In this document: positions 42,501 through 50,715 of the stretch, piece after piece
Layout of the letters: every line of letters starts with the position of its first letter
Position numbering within the stretch: position 1 is the first letter of the stretch
Assembly: GCA_036574215.1 (NCBI GenBank)
Contig: JAINCR010000077.1
Coordinates: forward strand, 1 to 60,429
DNA from: Caldisericaceae bacterium
GTDB lineage: Bacteria; Caldisericota; Caldisericia; Caldisericales; Caldisericaceae
DNA length: 60,429 nt
Reading direction: 5' to 3'
The notes under the pieces: generated by a model
Database searches by the model: none
What the model was told of the DNA's origin: nothing
The model's input: the letters and a program-made list of their open reading frames with translations, nothing else
Program-made: the position numbers and the translations under genes

Positions 42501-45500
42501 GGGAGTGACCGTTGAATACTCAAATGATAACGGCGCAACTTGGAGTTATACACCTACTGCAGGCGGAGATGGAACAGATCCAAATGTTACAGATATAAGA
42601 TGGAATATAGGAATTTTAGCTGTAAATGTTGTGAATCAGGAAGTAACTTTTAAAGTTGTTATCAATTCACCTCTTCCTGATGGCACAGTAATATCTAACA
42701 CTGCAAAGATCCAGTCAAATGAGATAACAACTCCAATAAGTGATACTGAAAACACAACTATAGGTTCTGCACCTAATCTTCATATCACAAAAACTGCTCC
42801 TTCTTCAGTTAATGCTGGAGATACCATTACCTACACGATTGAATATTGGAACGATGGCAATATGAACGCAACGGGTGTAGTAATTACAGAAAGTTATGAT
42901 CCTAACGTTGAATTTGTTTCTTCAACGCCAAACCCTGATAACGGAACAAATAACCAGTGGACAATTGGCACTATAGAGAGTGATGCTGTCCACCATGCAA
43001 TTACTGTAACGGTAAGAGTTAAAGCCCCTACACCAAACGGAACTGTTATTAATAATACAGTAACAATTGATTCAGACCAGACGAATCCCTTGCAGTCAAC
43101 CGCACAAACAACGGTAGGCTCTGCTCCTACTTTAACAATTTATAAGATAGATACACAAGACCCTGTTCAAGCAGGAGAAAATATTATTTACACAATAACT
43201 GTTGGTAACACTGGTAATGCAAACGCAACAAATGTCGCAATAACCGATACTACACCACCAAATACGACATTTGTTTCGGCAAGGTTCATCACAAAATCAG
43301 GTTCGATTAATAACCCAGGTGTAGGAAACACAGGGACAATTACATGGACGCTTACAGGAGCACTTGCACCAAATGAGGAATTTGCAGTAGAGCTTATTGT
43401 AAAAGTTAATTCACCTCTTGATAACGGGACTGTAATTCATAATACAGCACATGTCTCTTGTGTAGAAGATTCGGTAGGTAAAGATGAAACTGAAGATACA
43501 ACCATACAATCATCCCCAACCTTGAGTATTGATAAGGTTGATTTAAACGATCCAGTGCAAGCAGGAGATAATATTACTTATCACATCACTGTAACAAACA
43601 GCGGCAATATGAATGCCCACAGCGTCGTAATTACAGATGAAATTCCTCAGAACACAACATTTGTTTCTGCAAGTTTTGTAAGTGGTGGCGCTGGTTCGAT
43701 TACTGACCCTGGTGTTGGTAATACGGGAACAGTTCAATGGAATTTATCCGGAACATTAAACGCTTTAGCATCTGTTGTGGTTGAACTTGTTGTGAAGACT
43801 AATTCACCTCTTCCTGATGGCACAGTAATATCTAACACTGCAAAGATCCAGTCAAATGAGATAACAACTCCAATAAGTGATACTGAAAACACAACTATAG
43901 GTTCTGCACCTGCACTTACAATTACAAAAACTGATTCCCCTGACCCAGTTCAGGCAGGAGATAGTATCACTTACACAATTACAGTCACAAATACTGGTAA
44001 TATGAATGCAACGCAGTTTGTTATAAGTGATGAAATTCCAATTAATACAACATTTGTTTCTGCAAGATTTGTAAGTGGACTAACAGGTTCAATTACTGCC
44101 CCTCCTGTTGGTGGGAACGGCACTGTTACCTGGACACCAAATCCAGATGTATTACCTGTAGGTGCAACTGTTGTAGTAGAATTAGTAGTTAAAACGGCAA
44201 ATTCACTCCCTTCAGGAACTATAATTACAAATAGTGCTTACACAGACTCTAAAGAAACTCAGCGAGTGTTAGCTACCATTGATACTACTATTAGCGGAGT
44301 TCCAATTCTTAAAATTACAAAGACTGCCTACCCAATAGAACAAGCACCAGGTGAAATCGTCATCTATTCTATAAATTACAGTAATACTGGTAATTCACCT
44401 GCAACCAATGTAGTAATTGAAGAAGCATATCCAAGCGAAGTTGATTTTTACTATGCAAATCCAAGTCCAACTTCTGGAAACAACATATGGATAATTCCAA
44501 CACTCAACGGAGGAGAAAGTGGTAGCATTACTGTTGTTGTAAAAGTTAAAAAGAATGTTCCTCTTACAACACCACCCCTCAAGGTAACAAACACTGTGAA
44601 TGTAAAGTGTAATGAATCGCCTCAGCCAGTTTCTGCCGAAGCTTCCTTTGAAGTAAAAGCACCTGGTTTTTGGGATCCATTGCTGTATAGAAAAGAAGTT
44701 AACCCTAAAGGAAGTGTTTATCCTGGAGTCTGGCTTACCTATACAAACTACTATGGGAATAATGGTAATGCACCTGCAACTAATGTTGTAATTACTGACG
44801 TCCTTGATTCAAACTTAGACGAAACAACACTTATTATCTACAATGGTGGCACATACAATCCAAGCAATAGAACAATTACTTGGGTGATTCCTGTAGTTCA
44901 ACCACAGGAAACAGGCTCGGTATCATTCAAGGTTATGGTAAGACGCACAGTAAATGGTATGACGCTTATTACAAATACATCATATATAAAGTCAGACCAG
45001 ACCCCAGAACAAGTTGCAACTAACACTGTCTATAATACTGTTATAGCTCCTTGCCCGCCGTGTATTGTGAATCCACCTACTCCACCTACCCCACCAACTC
45101 CATCTTACTCGATTGACATTTCATTTAACGAGCCAGAAACTATTTGTGCAAGTTCTTTCTCTAAGTTTGTGTTAACGTTTACAAATGGAGTTGCACCTTA
45201 CGAATACTCAGTCGATTTTGGCGATGGGACACCAAAAGAAACTGGTAAAGAAAGTGGAAATTTTATCTCTTTGATCCATACTTACAATAATGTTTCTTCA
45301 TACACAGTATCAATAGAAGTAAAAGATGCAAACAAAAAAGTTGCTAAACTTACAAAAACTGTTGAAGTAAAAGACTGTACAGAGGGTATAACGATTTATC
45401 ATCAAAACTTCATGATTGGTTATCCAGATAATACCATAAGGCCCGAACGAAACGTAACTCGAGCTGAGATTGCTGCAATGCTTCTGAGGGCACTTGGTAT

Positions 45501-46197
45501 CAATGCAACGATATTAAGTGACGACATACTTCCATTTAACGACATTCCTATAACTCACTGGGCATATAACTTCACAAGAAGAGTTTATCAAGAAGGATTA
45601 ATGGAGGGAGATACAATTGGCAAGTTTAGGCCAGATGATTTTGCAACAAGGGCAGAGGTTGCAACAATTTTAGCAAGACTTAGAAAGTTGAATTTAGATG
45701 ATTCAGAGCCGTTATTCTCTGATGTTAAACACTCCGATTGGTTTAATAAATACGTAAATGCAGCCGTAAAAGCAGGGCTAATTACAGGTTATCCAGATAA
45801 AACGTTTAAACCAAATGGATATGTTACAAGAGCAGAATTTGCAGCAATGTTTGAAAGAGCTCTCTTTAGAGAAGATATACCTTTGTTAAAGAATAAAATT
45901 AGCGGAAATGAAAATATCCTTAAATTTAAGGATCTATCACCAACTCATTGGGCATACTACATTATGCTTGAAGCTTTCCAACCGCATCTCATGGTTAACG
46001 CTTCTAAGGCAGATGTATTTATATCTGTTAAATCAAAAACACTACCAGTTTACATAGCAACGCTTAACTCAAAAATTTTAATTCCAAAATTAGGAAGCGA
46101 AGTTTTTGCAATTGTTCCAGCAGATGGTATGAAAGACCAACTTGAGCCAAAAGAAAGAAATGTCTTCGTAAAGATCATAAATAAAGAAACGCCATAG
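33592..46197 (+). CDS. Giant surface protein: at least 20 DUF11-type Ig-like repeats, Pro/Thr linker, PKD-like domain, three SLH domains
   Basis: Signal peptide; repeated LxIxK(S/T)...TYTI..N.G..A..V.I.D.LP...N(T/S)A units; YSVDFGDG (PKD-like); GYPD.TFKPN..VTRAE SLH motifs. Confidence 0.9.
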   Translation: MKAKVFNLLIIIILLMDLIPFGKVLAAPSMSVSPTNTQSAKVGIGSSYLITITNTCSEVDLFNITYSPTDPNWSVQLLSSDNSTPLTDLNGDSIPDTGNLQPNESANIYVKVTPNYSVCNNSQYQLTLTATSTNGNCGGSAQVVLTTTAIHTGNLVVTKSANPTDAKVGDTVTWTIHIKNTGDDPIANVSVSDTLGAGCAYTGNFSSSPSQNSGDFPSWSYSEIPPGSDYVITFTSTITGCSNADNTVSVSWGNNCQTQTALASVKIIPTTPNISFTPANIAVPYCSSTSVLIPITNNGDGFAKEFKLKIDKIPSFYSIQNVDPNWSYDSNTGEFTYIGGNPQGAIPPNGIVNLSFDVAMPQGSCDVTQGNAILKFIVEYKDPCGNLFYNPSLLGSISVSGSGSYFDISKTGPRAVDIGQTGLTYTINITYHKGGCNNDSLVTNISDTLPDPFIPNGANNGGTINGQTVTWSNVTFQDGVPQTFTITFDVTSDPCYAHNTYTNEVTLSNLTDCCGCPISGTNATYATYINDPASTITDSSKSVDYEDIEVDCSTDTNPYTNPSGNPDDHNNRRYTVEYDFNTGSNAPSSWSGIIFRDELNNNQFTNADIANILVEVDSGLGFQQVSGWVVNSYVPLEINLSGLNAPPPNTGLKLRISFTARATRVGSYVDWSSLEIPGFPRGCSLDPKYYEGIDVSDYRAELTLATTVPQTVEKCATYDIPITLNPINANVDHADLTVSLNGFTYVQNSTTYSNNGNWCSGTKGEPQYDPNTNTLTWNYSQLNEIYSSGTITIKVKKDCTNNTSINVLSNYKDNCSNGYQVSASSSAYLIKSALLYSKITPQNNFGYSKTVDWKFYITNGGDGTAREVLAKTTLGSGLSFNSDGAYVKIGNTTYSYGDFSIGWPTDVATGTLTWDFKELSISPSSTVEIYFKTDISSCSESNLTAEVFSSWCSCQESNHDYGQVRIPSSYALTTIESADVYLCGNGSVVIKVSNIGTTHVYNAKITVDIPKYLKYSPNSSKYSYNGGAQQSANDPQITQILGGDYAGGYELVWDVSDIPELSDLSPSDYINLTFNVEPDSPTYTSCDFFRSSFQKVKAYSNFAKPCNSTDPTEVSNVFETNFTTHKADLAMTKMVVNIDGTDVNPAHYFPRELNSTITFEVGITNNGDLSTLKTNFADVLTGTNQHPLDYVSAQYSYDGGTWTNVPWDSAPPVGSSGSLIWNNIESDLGQGIEPGKALKIRITATVDSLCTSNEAYNYSELWTGCSDLTDMNSGNLISSATGVPDWNGALSTSCPIYQAKYSRVMSHRDSWAMTYKNNIPDYIPTCAKDVVFEIEFDNGATYEGGTTIYAPLAIYDVIPQGATYVSGSTEFMLPGAGAWTAGSDPTISTVTFNSSHYGWNGNFTQLEWNSTNNATLGLINISPGQSIRVRFKLDFGNCSAVMNPIINRQRLSGYDCNGSSGTQFFFPYDPWWNTDYWQYTPEHAWVKVSNKLSPNIEITKSVDKSSASPGDTLLYEIHLRNTGNGSSDVFSITDQLPPYTALVSGSITDGPPPGLGIAYSWMEHTYDSVTNTITWFSSSVGIAYDDITGITGYSSKVDNNAICLSSNCSPVGTAYKNDGDYLRHTANNAVYDDVDNSGDVSSGDILLAGPKEPVGTPFVAPPSGMTSDPLRHYIDTATNAVSVYDDVDNDGTVSANDIIIKGPAVPIGTLYSPLPSGVTTDPLKHTEHGVPAGADTTLSFRVVVSGSSGYISNQAKFTDSCCYTTPLLSNLAQTHITATPIKVEKDLVEISGYQYPPRPYKAQIADLVRFRIKVRNLGNLPVYNVDVYDALPTGWEIQSGTSRYALTNGSLPSSWTNAPAPNTSPYQTPPDPPPNFNGVQWHIQQPLQATDDNGGSTGGNLDTLYLEFVARITSSALGSPSGEYNLNSADISCTLDADGNQPVERSSFDLSDATEWVLVYKPQLVITKVVTQIGSNTSNTTRVEIGETVKYKITVTNTSSFASVYNVDVTDTLPTGFSYKPGSTYATWVSWSGSHSSTNDPIGANPYLWDLNAEIKAGESLTITFEAVVTSSANLGQAVNTSTAQGNDGDGALYAATAPDSTNQAKASVVVYKPVLRVTKVADLSTVSVGSEVTFTIKVENLDSYASAYSVDVVDTLPSNWNYVSNTSEYVLNNGSTPTSWNPTTPTITGNTLTFDLNETINSTDDQGTSSGVSNDTLWIRLKANPTNSAVGCSNVNTVLVNAKDGEGTSIPSVSDSCEVCVCSPKLAIEKFANKSKARINESVEFTIKVINKNPVDAFNVDVFDYLPNGWIYENNSTSYALTNGSTPTSWTPSSNPVISDDTLHFDLNLLIKGSDDNGGATGSALDTLFVKFSSHPTSSASYGANTNRAVSQGEDSGGNLIGSPISEFYVNVLKPDVTITKVSNVNTQNVNGEITYTITATNNGNEDLINATIIDTLPDGVTFVSSSGGTYTPGSPATVKWSSVSIQAGGGSWVGTITVKVNKNIPDNTLLKNSVTGSGSDTQGNPYNFDVATSQTEVLSPNLVVSKESNPNPVKAGQNLTYTITILNNGSAPANGVVVTDNTPVNTTFVSARFITGTGSVNTPNVGESGLITYSVSGQINAGDSVILELVVQVKSPINDNTHINNTATIDSSEQGPINASNDTIVSSLPNLTIAKSDSEDPIKQDRDLVYTISYANTGTMNLTNLVIVDTLPSGVTYVSSTPSGSLVGNTLTWNVVNLPAGSSANITVVVHVNSDVQNGAVLINQVSANSDQVSASTTEDTTVGAPTNLTISKSDSLDPVQAGDEFSYTIVYQNTGGQDATNVVIEDTLPSVVTFISETHPNGVNFNQGPPLRWTISTLPAGSSGTITITVKVPLDTNNGLLLVNTATIKSSETNPVSDLETTLVKSAPNLVIDKTAQSVNSPPQAKDTLTYSIKYGNTGNLTATNTVITDHIPSNTRFVVGSATQPAGVTVEYSNDNGATWSYTPTAGGDGTDPNVTDIRWNIGILAVNVVNQEVTFKVVINSPLPDGTVISNTAKIQSNEITTPISDTENTTIGSAPNLHITKTAPSSVNAGDTITYTIEYWNDGNMNATGVVITESYDPNVEFVSSTPNPDNGTNNQWTIGTIESDAVHHAITVTVRVKAPTPNGTVINNTVTIDSDQTNPLQSTAQTTVGSAPTLTIYKIDTQDPVQAGENIIYTITVGNTGNANATNVAITDTTPPNTTFVSARFITKSGSINNPGVGNTGTITWTLTGALAPNEEFAVELIVKVNSPLDNGTVIHNTAHVSCVEDSVGKDETEDTTIQSSPTLSIDKVDLNDPVQAGDNITYHITVTNSGNMNAHSVVITDEIPQNTTFVSASFVSGGAGSITDPGVGNTGTVQWNLSGTLNALASVVVELVVKTNSPLPDGTVISNTAKIQSNEITTPISDTENTTIGSAPALTITKTDSPDPVQAGDSITYTITVTNTGNMNATQFVISDEIPINTTFVSARFVSGLTGSITAPPVGGNGTVTWTPNPDVLPVGATVVVELVVKTANSLPSGTIITNSAYTDSKETQRVLATIDTTISGVPILKITKTAYPIEQAPGEIVIYSINYSNTGNSPATNVVIEEAYPSEVDFYYANPSPTSGNNIWIIPTLNGGESGSITVVVKVKKNVPLTTPPLKVTNTVNVKCNESPQPVSAEASFEVKAPGFWDPLLYRKEVNPKGSVYPGVWLTYTNYYGNNGNAPATNVVITDVLDSNLDETTLIIYNGGTYNPSNRTITWVIPVVQPQETGSVSFKVMVRRTVNGMTLITNTSYIKSDQTPEQVATNTVYNTVIAPCPPCIVNPPTPPTPPTPSYSIDISFNEPETICASSFSKFVLTFTNGVAPYEYSVDFGDGTPKETGKESGNFISLIHTYNNVSSYTVSIEVKDANKKVAKLTKTVEVKDCTEGITIYHQNFMIGYPDNTIRPERNVTRAEIAAMLLRALGINATILSDDILPFNDIPITHWAYNFTRRVYQEGLMEGDTIGKFRPDDFATRAEVATILARLRKLNLDDSEPLFSDVKHSDWFNKYVNAAVKAGLITGYPDKTFKPNGYVTRAEFAAMFERALFREDIPLLKNKISGNENILKFKDLSPTHWAYYIMLEAFQPHLMVNASKADVFISVKSKTLPVYIATLNSKILIPKLGSEVFAIVPADGMKDQLEPKERNVFVKIINKETP
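42664..42774 (+). repeat. 111-bp exact intragenic repeat, copy 1
   Basis: Identical to 43801-43911 on base-by-base reading. Confidence 0.93.
43801..43911 (+). repeat. 111-bp exact intragenic repeat, copy 2
   Basis: Identical to 42664-42774; encodes NSPLPDGTVISNTAKIQSNEITTPISDTENTTIGSAP. Confidence 0.93.
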
Positions 46198-46214
46198 GCA
46201 TTTAAGATTTCGTA

Positions 46215-46258
46215 AAGCGGGCAGAAGATAAAATCTGTCCGCTTAAATTTTTATTTTT
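46215..46258 (+). terminator. Rho-independent terminator of the giant gene
   Basis: aagcgggcaga...tctgtccgctt followed by a T-rich tract. Confidence 0.7.
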
Positions 46259-46372
46259 AATTGCATCTTCTAGAAGTGCAAAATGTTTACAGTTTTGAAT
46301 GGCATATTATGAAATGACAATCCCTTTGATTTAGTTATTCTATAAAAAATATGGGAAAATTCTGCACTCTTT

Positions 46373-46760
46373 TCCTTGCATAAGCAAGTGCGAAGCTCCC
46401 CTTCGGTCATTCTGATGAGGTGTCTTTTGCCAAAGAAAAATCTCTTCCTTCATCCTATGTTGTCATTCTGAGGGCATAAGAAGTGAAGAATCTCCTCCGT
46501 TTATGGTTTTTCATTACTTGAGGGAGCCTTAAGGGGACCCTTTTCACCCCATCAAATATAGGATACTTCGCTTAAGTTTACACTGAGCGAAGCGAACGTG
46601 CTCAGGATGACACAGGATGCAGGAGCCTTGAGGGGGTGTTATTTACCAACTCAGATTTGAGATCCTTCGTCGCTATCGCTCCACTTGACTTAGTCAAGGA
46701 AAGGAGTGCAGGATGATAAAAAAAGAGCTCAGGAAGACAAAGAAAAAGAAAACAGGATGG
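46373..46760 (+). repeat. Composite REP-like element; its first 240 bp are a direct repeat of 51812-52052
   Basis: About 9 substitutions and 1 indel versus 51812-52052; the distal part is an inverted homolog of 6327-6570. Confidence 0.93.
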
Positions 46761-46921
46761 CACTGAGATATGAAGCATTAAATGGGTTTAACCTTCAACT
46801 TATTGGGCTTTCTCATCCTTTTAGTGATCTTTTATTCTTTAAGGTGCGCTATAGTAAATTTTATGATAGCTTAATTTATAGAACATTACATTTATTACTT
46901 TTTTAGTTATAATATATAAGT

Positions 46922-47155
46922 ATGAAGGTGCTACTCTTTGGTGAAGTAAGAATAATACTAAATAAAGATGCTATTGAATTAGATTTTGACGGTACCATAA
47001 ACGATTTAGAAGAAGTCCTTGTAAAAATGTTTCCGCAGATTAAAAATACCATAAAAAATTGTGCTTTTGCTGTAAATTTAGAGTATAAGAATAGAAACTA
47101 CCATGTAAATAACAATGAAGAAGTAGCAATTATACCACCCGTTGAAGGAGGCTAA
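46922..47155 (+). CDS. moaD: Molybdopterin synthase sulfur carrier
   Basis: FAVN, EVAIIPPVEGG with C-terminal GG; adjacent to moaE. Confidence 0.9.
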   Translation: MKVLLFGEVRIILNKDAIELDFDGTINDLEEVLVKMFPQIKNTIKNCAFAVNLEYKNRNYHVNNNEEVAIIPPVEGG

Positions 47156-47551
47156 ATGGTTGAACTTACAAAAGGAAGAATTGATTCAGAAAGAATTATT
47201 GAATCTCTTAAGAAAGAAGAGGCAGGTAGTATTGTTGTCTTTTTTGGAGAGCCTAGAAAAGGTAAAGAAGATGGAGAAGTTGTATCAATCACTTATACTG
47301 CATACGAAGAAATGGCTCTAAGCGAACTTAAGAAGATAGAGAAAGAAGCTTTAAAAAAAGAAGGCATAATTGATGTAGCAATAGTGCATAGACTTTTAGA
47401 CATTCCCCTTAAAGAGTTTTCTCTTTTTGTGGGAGTTTCTTCAAGACATAGAAAAGAAGGATTTGAAACTTGTGAATGGATTATTAAAAAGGTAAAAGAA
47501 GTTGTGCCAATTTGGAAGGAGATTAAATATGAAAGGGACAGGAACAGTTAA
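47156..47551 (+). CDS. moaE: Molybdopterin synthase catalytic subunit
   Basis: AYEEMA, VHRL, SSRHRKE, VPIWK. Confidence 0.9.
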   Translation: MVELTKGRIDSERIIESLKKEEAGSIVVFFGEPRKGKEDGEVVSITYTAYEEMALSELKKIEKEALKKEGIIDVAIVHRLLDIPLKEFSLFVGVSSRHRKEGFETCEWIIKKVKEVVPIWKEIKYERDRNS

Positions 47552-47987
47552 AGCCATAAAGGGTGATTACATTGAGGTTGTTGCCCCAAAAGAGTCAGAA
47601 TGTAAATCTTGTGCGCTAAAAGAAAGTTGTTCAAATAATTCTTTAAAAGAGGGTCAGACCATTTTTGTAAATAACACTATTGGAGCTAAAGTGGGTGATT
47701 ATGTTGAATTCGAATTTAGAACTGAAGACATTAACCGAGGATTTTTCATAGTTTACGGAATACCTCTTATTTTCATAATCGTAGGGACGATTATCGGAAG
47801 CATTCTTGAAAACCGATACCAAATAAAAATTCTTAACTTAAAAGATTTTACAACATTCTTTACAACAATGATTTTTCTTGCGATTGGTATTGTGGTAGTA
47901 AAATTTCTTGATGCAAAAGAAAAACCAAAATCAAATACTACGCGAATAATCTCAAGGACTTTTTTAGAAGAAATACCTCATAAGTAA
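47529..47987 (+). CDS. RseC/MucC family membrane protein
   Basis: CKSCALKESC, GAKVGDYV, YGIPL plus 2 TM segments; ATG at 47529 with AAGGAG RBS. Confidence 0.8.
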   Translation: MKGTGTVKAIKGDYIEVVAPKESECKSCALKESCSNNSLKEGQTIFVNNTIGAKVGDYVEFEFRTEDINRGFFIVYGIPLIFIIVGTIIGSILENRYQIKILNLKDFTTFFTTMIFLAIGIVVVKFLDAKEKPKSNTTRIISRTFLEEIPHK

Positions 47988-48016
47988 ATCTTACATTTTG
48001 TAGTATAATTAATTTC

Positions 48017-49900
48017 ATGATGGAAGAAAGATTCTATGGAGTTATTGTTGTTGGCGGAGGACATGCAGGAGTAGAAGCTTCTCTTGCCTCTGCAAGAATG
48101 GGCGTTAAAACCCTTTTAATTACGATTGATAACGATAGTATTGGTTGGATGCCTTGTAATCCAGCCATAGGTGGCCCAGGAAAAGCCCAAGTAGTAAGAG
48201 AAATTGATGCACTTGGCGGTGCTATGGCGATGGTTACCGACGAAACTCTTACTCAAATCAAGATGCTTAATACAGCACGTGGTCCAGCTGTTTGGAGTTT
48301 GAGAGCACAGGTAGATAAATGGGCTTATTCAAGAAGGATGAAAGAATTACTTGAAAACCAACCCAATTTACACTTAAGGCAAGGTATAGTGGAGCAACTG
48401 ATTATTGAAAACGGTAAAGTTAAAGGAGTCGAGGTTGCAGATGGTTCTAAGTTTTTCTCGGATGCAGTTATTCTTACAACTGGCACCTATTTAAAAGGAC
48501 GTATTTACATTTCATCTTGGTCAATGGAAGCAGGGCGTTATCCAAAACCACCAGCTAATAAACTCTCTATGCAACTTCAATCTCTTGGTTTTAAGATGTC
48601 AAGATTTAATACTGGAACAACCCCAAGAGTGGATAAACGATCGATTGATTTAACTAAATTTGAAGAAGAAAAAGGAGATTTTGTGCCGTTGCACTTTTCT
48701 TTTTGGAATAAACCAAAAATATACGAGAACCAAATCCCGTCTTATTTAGGTTTTACGAATGAAAAGACAATTGAAGTTACACGAAAATACATGCACCTTT
48801 CTCCGTCTGTTGCAGGTCTTATGGTAAAAACAGGGCCAAGGACTTGTCCTTCAATGGAAGAGAAGGTTAGATGGTTTCCAGATAAAACAAGGCATCAGTT
48901 CTTCCTTGAGCCAGAAGGATTTAACACAAACGAAATGTACATGCAAGGTATGTATATGTCTATGCCATATGATATGCAACTTGAAGTATTAAGAACAATT
49001 TCAGGACTTGAAAACGTCGAAATAATACGCCCAGCCTATGTAATTGATTACGATTATATAATACCAACACAACTAAATCTTACCTATGAAACAAAAATCA
49101 TTGAGGGACTATTTATTGCAGGACAACCCAATGGCACCACAGGTTATGATGAAGCAGCAGGTCAAGGGCTTTTAGCAGGAATAAATGCTGCCTTAAAGGT
49201 CCAAGGAAAGGAACCTTTTATTCTTAAGCGCAACCAGGCATATCTTGGGGTAATGACAGACGACCTTCTTACAAAAGAGTTATTTGAACCTTATAGAATT
49301 ACACCTTCCCACTGTGAATACAGGCAACTTTTAAGACAGGACAACGCCGATTTGAGGCTTACAAGAATTGGGTATAAACTTGGTGTTGTTGAAGAATGGA
49401 AGTATAGAATGCTTGAAGAAAAAGAGGCTAAAATTGATGAACTTAAAAAAATCCTTACAACTATTACAATATACCCCACAAAGGAAAACGTAGAAAAGTT
49501 TAAAGAATTATCAGTGAAAGAACTTCACGAACCACTTACTCTTTTTGATATGCTTAAAAGACAAGATTTTACAAAAGAAACTCTAAAGAAATTTGATTCA
49601 AGATTCTCAGATTTTGACGATGAAATACTAATGGAAGTAGAAATTGAAGCAAAATACGCTGGCTATATACAAAGAGAGATGAATAAAGCAAAAGAGTTTT
49701 TGAGATTCGAAAATTTTGAGATTCCAAAGGATATAGATTATAACATTGTTCCATCACTGTCAAAAGAGGCAAGGGTAAGGTTTTCGGAAATTAGGCCGCA
49801 ATCTGTTGGACTTGCTATGAGAATTACAGGGGTTCGCCCATCTGATATTCAAATGCTGATTATGTATCTTAAAGAAAGGAAGGGAAGTGAAAATGTATAA
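48017..49900 (+). CDS. mnmG: tRNA uridine 5-carboxymethylaminomethyl modification enzyme
   Basis: [38 protein letters not shown]. Confidence 0.96.
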   Translation: MMEERFYGVIVVGGGHAGVEASLASARMGVKTLLITIDNDSIGWMPCNPAIGGPGKAQVVREIDALGGAMAMVTDETLTQIKMLNTARGPAVWSLRAQVDKWAYSRRMKELLENQPNLHLRQGIVEQLIIENGKVKGVEVADGSKFFSDAVILTTGTYLKGRIYISSWSMEAGRYPKPPANKLSMQLQSLGFKMSRFNTGTTPRVDKRSIDLTKFEEEKGDFVPLHFSFWNKPKIYENQIPSYLGFTNEKTIEVTRKYMHLSPSVAGLMVKTGPRTCPSMEEKVRWFPDKTRHQFFLEPEGFNTNEMYMQGMYMSMPYDMQLEVLRTISGLENVEIIRPAYVIDYDYIIPTQLNLTYETKIIEGLFIAGQPNGTTGYDEAAGQGLLAGINAALKVQGKEPFILKRNQAYLGVMTDDLLTKELFEPYRITPSHCEYRQLLRQDNADLRLTRIGYKLGVVEEWKYRMLEEKEAKIDELKKILTTITIYPTKENVEKFKELSVKELHEPLTLFDMLKRQDFTKETLKKFDSRFSDFDDEILMEVEIEAKYAGYIQREMNKAKEFLRFENFEIPKDIDYNIVPSLSKEARVRFSEIRPQSVGLAMRITGVRPSDIQMLIMYLKERKGSENV

Positions 49901-50645
49901 GTTAGTTTTATTAAGACACGGAGAAAGCGAATGGAATAAAGAAAATAAATTTACGGGCTGGACGGATGTTGATTTAACAGAACAGGGTGTTGAAGAGGCA
50001 CATTTTGCAGCAAAATTGTTAAAAGAGAAAGGTTACGTGTTTGATGTTGCTTTTACATCTTTATTAAAAAGAGCAATCAAAACTCTTTGGATAGTGCTTG
50101 AAGATCTTGATTTAATGTGGATTCCTGAGTATAAACACTATAGACTCAACGAAAGACATTACGGTGCCTTACAAGGATTAAATAAGGCTGAAACTACAAA
50201 TAAGTTTGGTGAAGAGCAAGTCCTTTTATGGCGAAGGTCTTATGATGTTCCCCCTCCACCACTTGATAAGAATGACCCAAGATATCCACGTTTTGACCCA
50301 AAATACAAAGACCTAAAAGATGAAGAAATTCCTCTTACTGAATCTCTTAAAGATACGTTGGAAAGAGTATTGCCTTATTACCACTCAACAATTGCTCCTA
50401 TGATAAGAGAAGGGAAAAGGGTAATTATTTCAGCGCACGGAAATTCTCTTAGGGCACTTGTTAAATATTTAGATAACATTTCAGACAAAGATATCACAAG
50501 CCTAAACATACCAACGGGGATTCCTCTTGTTTATGAACTTGACGACAACCTAAAGGCAGTTAGTAGATACTATCTTGCAGATGAAGCAACATTAAAGAAA
50601 GCAGTTGAAAAAGTTAAAAATCAAATAAAAGAAGACCCTAAATAG
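49893..50645 (+). CDS. gpmA: 2,3-bisphosphoglycerate-dependent phosphoglycerate mutase
   Basis: [23 protein letters not shown]. Confidence 0.96.
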   Translation: MYKLVLLRHGESEWNKENKFTGWTDVDLTEQGVEEAHFAAKLLKEKGYVFDVAFTSLLKRAIKTLWIVLEDLDLMWIPEYKHYRLNERHYGALQGLNKAETTNKFGEEQVLLWRRSYDVPPPPLDKNDPRYPRFDPKYKDLKDEEIPLTESLKDTLERVLPYYHSTIAPMIREGKRVIISAHGNSLRALVKYLDNISDKDITSLNIPTGIPLVYELDDNLKAVSRYYLADEATLKKAVEKVKNQIKEDPK

Positions 50646-50667
50646 AGAAAAAGGTAAAAGATTTTAC

Positions 50668-50702
50668 AGCCCTCACGGTGGTTGAGGGCCTTTTTTCTTT
50701 TT
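50668..50702 (+). terminator. Rho-independent terminator after gpmA
   Basis: gccctca-cggtggt-tgagggc followed by a T tract. Confidence 0.75.
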
Positions 50703-50715
50703 ATAGTAGATTAAG

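Noticed and set aside
42664-43911. Template/variable repeat pair of a diversity-generating retroelement
   Set aside because: The copies are identical with no adenine-specific differences, and there is no reverse transcriptase in the window
46706-46906. 66-aa ORF on the + strand
   Set aside because: Begins inside the REP mosaic, has no recognisable motif, and runs into the probable moaD promoter region
46373-46920. Possible Moco/tungsten riboswitch upstream of moaD
   Set aside because: The structured sequence is duplicated at unrelated loci and is explained by the repeat family; an Rfam scan would be needed to exclude it fully
50703-50715. TAGTAG as DnaA-trios next to the first DnaA box
   Set aside because: Only two clean trios, no GC-rich spacer, and orientation relative to the box appears opposite to the B. 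subtilis arrangement as I recall it
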